Assembly: GCA_023205875.1 (NCBI GenBank)
Contig: CP060766.1
Coordinates: 62,001-126,000, forward strand
DNA: 64,000 nucleotides
Direction: 5' to 3'
DNA from: Chloropicon primus
Lineage: Eukaryota
Shown here: one piece after another, positions 62,726-64,000 of the stretch
Layout: each line of letters opens with the position of its first letter
Numbering within the stretch: the stretch's first letter is position 1
Position numbers and translations under genes: made by a program
The notes under the pieces: model-generated
What the model was told of the DNA's origin: nothing
Databases searched by the model: none
What the model saw: only the letters and a program-made list of their open reading frames with translations

Positions 62726-64000
62726 TTATTGGATGGTCTTCTTCGTCGGCAAGAGCGTGGTGGGACTCCTGCCGTTGGAGTCCGAGGCGCTCGGGAGGTT
62801 CCCCACGGCGCAGGGGGTCCAGGTCCTGCACCGCTTCCACGGGACTCTGGAGGCATCCCCGTCCTCGTCCTCGTCCTCGTCCTCCTTCCTCTTCCGATCA
62901 GGCGGCGGCGGAGGCCTCTGGGGAAGGAGGAGGTCCGGCCCCTCGAACCCGCTGACGTTGCCCAGGATGCGGTCCGTGATCTTCAGGCCCTCGAAGGTGG
63001 CCGGGTCGAGGCGGTCCAGCCGGGAGAAGAGGACCTGGAAGAAGGACTTGAGGGTCAGCTTCAGGGCCCCCTTGCCCTCCTCGTCCCCCGCGGCCCTCGC
63101 CAACCTCGCCCCCTCGATCACCATGCCGTACAGCATCTTGAGGAGGCTCCTCTCCTTGTCCTCGTCCCCCGCGTGCCTCCACAGCTCCCCGCTGCTCTCC
63201 ACCAGCCACCGCACAAAGGGGTTCAGGCTCCGCTTGCGCTCCCTGGCCTCCTCCCCCCCGTCCTTGAGGCCCTCCCAGCACCGCTCGAGGAGCAGGGTCC
63301 CGACCGAGGGCCAGTACTTGCAGATCTTGGCCATGAACGTCCTCCACCCCTTGCCGTCCTGCTCCCGGAACGGCTTGGAGACCACGAGGGAGTACAGAGC
63401 CTCCTTGAGCTCCGAGCCCTGGGACCCGTGGACGCAGTCCAGCAGCTCCTTCACGAGCTCCGCCCTCCGCCGCTTCGTGGAGGACCCCTCCCCGTCCTCG
63501 GAGCTCAGGTCCACCAGCTCCCGAAGGATCCCCCCGACCTGCTCGCGCTGCTCCTCCAGCTCCCCGGCCTGCCTCCTCCAGTAGTTGTCCCTCAGCCAAA
63601 CCAAAGCCTGCTCCGCGGCGATGGAGAGGACGCTCATGCTCGGCAGGGCGTTGTGCGTGGCCTCGTGCCTCAGATCGACAAGGATTCGAGGCAGACCGAC
63701 GCTCTCCGCCAAGTTCGCCACCGACTTGGCATACACCCCCTTCTGCAACTCTCCTGACACGCCGTTCACCAAACGAGTAAGCGTCATGCTCAGGGCCAAC
63801 CTGTTGACGTGACTGCTGTGATCCCCGCCGCAAGACCGCAGCTTGATCTGCACGATGTCCGCGGTCACCCCCACCGCCATCGGCACCCTCCCCCTCGCCC
63901 GCCACGACGCTACCACGTCCAGAGCCCAACTCGCATCCTTCCACTCCTCCTCTTCACGACAACCACTCCTCCTCGTCGTCGCCGTCGTCGAAGTGGCTGG
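62726..64000 (-). CDS. LAS1: Ribosome biogenesis endoribonuclease LAS1 (5' end outside the window)
   Basis: SWRARGRVP, LSMTLTRLVNG, GLPRILVDLRHEATHNALPS (HEPN RxxxxH), LVWLRDNYW. Confidence 0.9.
   Translation of the reverse strand, partial: PATSTTATTRRSGCREEEEWKDASWALDVVASWRARGRVPMAVGVTADIVQIKLRSCGGDHSSHVNRLALSMTLTRLVNGVSGELQKGVYAKSVANLAESVGLPRILVDLRHEATHNALPSMSVLSIAAEQALVWLRDNYWRRQAGELEEQREQVGGILRELVDLSSEDGEGSSTKRRRAELVKELLDCVHGSQGSELKEALYSLVVSKPFREQDGKGWRTFMAKICKYWPSVGTLLLERCWEGLKDGGEEARERKRSLNPFVRWLVESSGELWRHAGDEDKERSLLKMLYGMVIEGARLARAAGDEEGKGALKLTLKSFFQVLFSRLDRLDPATFEGLKITDRILGNVSGFEGPDLLLPQRPPPPPDRKRKEDEDEDEDGDASRVPWKRCRTWTPCAVGNLPSASDSNGRSPTTLLPTKKTIQ

Overview
This is a gene-dense, GC-rich eukaryotic nuclear segment with short GT-AG introns and microsatellite-rich spacers. 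Gene content (CPP1, RLT-type homeobox-DDT, JMJ22-like, ABCB28-like) points to a compact green alga, plausibly a Chloropicon-type picoalga (inference). About 25 ordinary housekeeping genes and one intron-containing tRNA-Ser(GCU) are interrupted by five accessory islands. (1) 9.8-11.9 kb: a frameshifted Fanzor1 (eukaryotic TnpB-like RNA-guided nuclease) gene with all three RuvC acidic residues, followed directly by an antisense WDR12/Ytm1 fragment. (2) 20.2-25.3 kb: three tandem, mosaic HARE-HTH + SHOCT-like genes, one with a transposon-footprint-like lesion. (3) 33.6-34.9 kb and 42.5 kb: a dispersed 11-bp variant minisatellite. (4) 36.4-40.3 kb: a palindromic array of four genes with a near-invariant membrane-anchored N-terminus, a protease-type cleavage site and hypervariable Trp/Lys-rich C-terminal peptides resembling leaderless bacteriocins. 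This is my best candidate for an undescribed system. (5) 45.2-50.4 kb: tandem F-box-like + 29-aa ankyrin-like repeat genes with hypervariable positions on a fixed scaffold. A gene-oriented ~50-bp motif also recurs upstream of many unrelated genes. All family calls come from motif recognition by eye; no searches were run.
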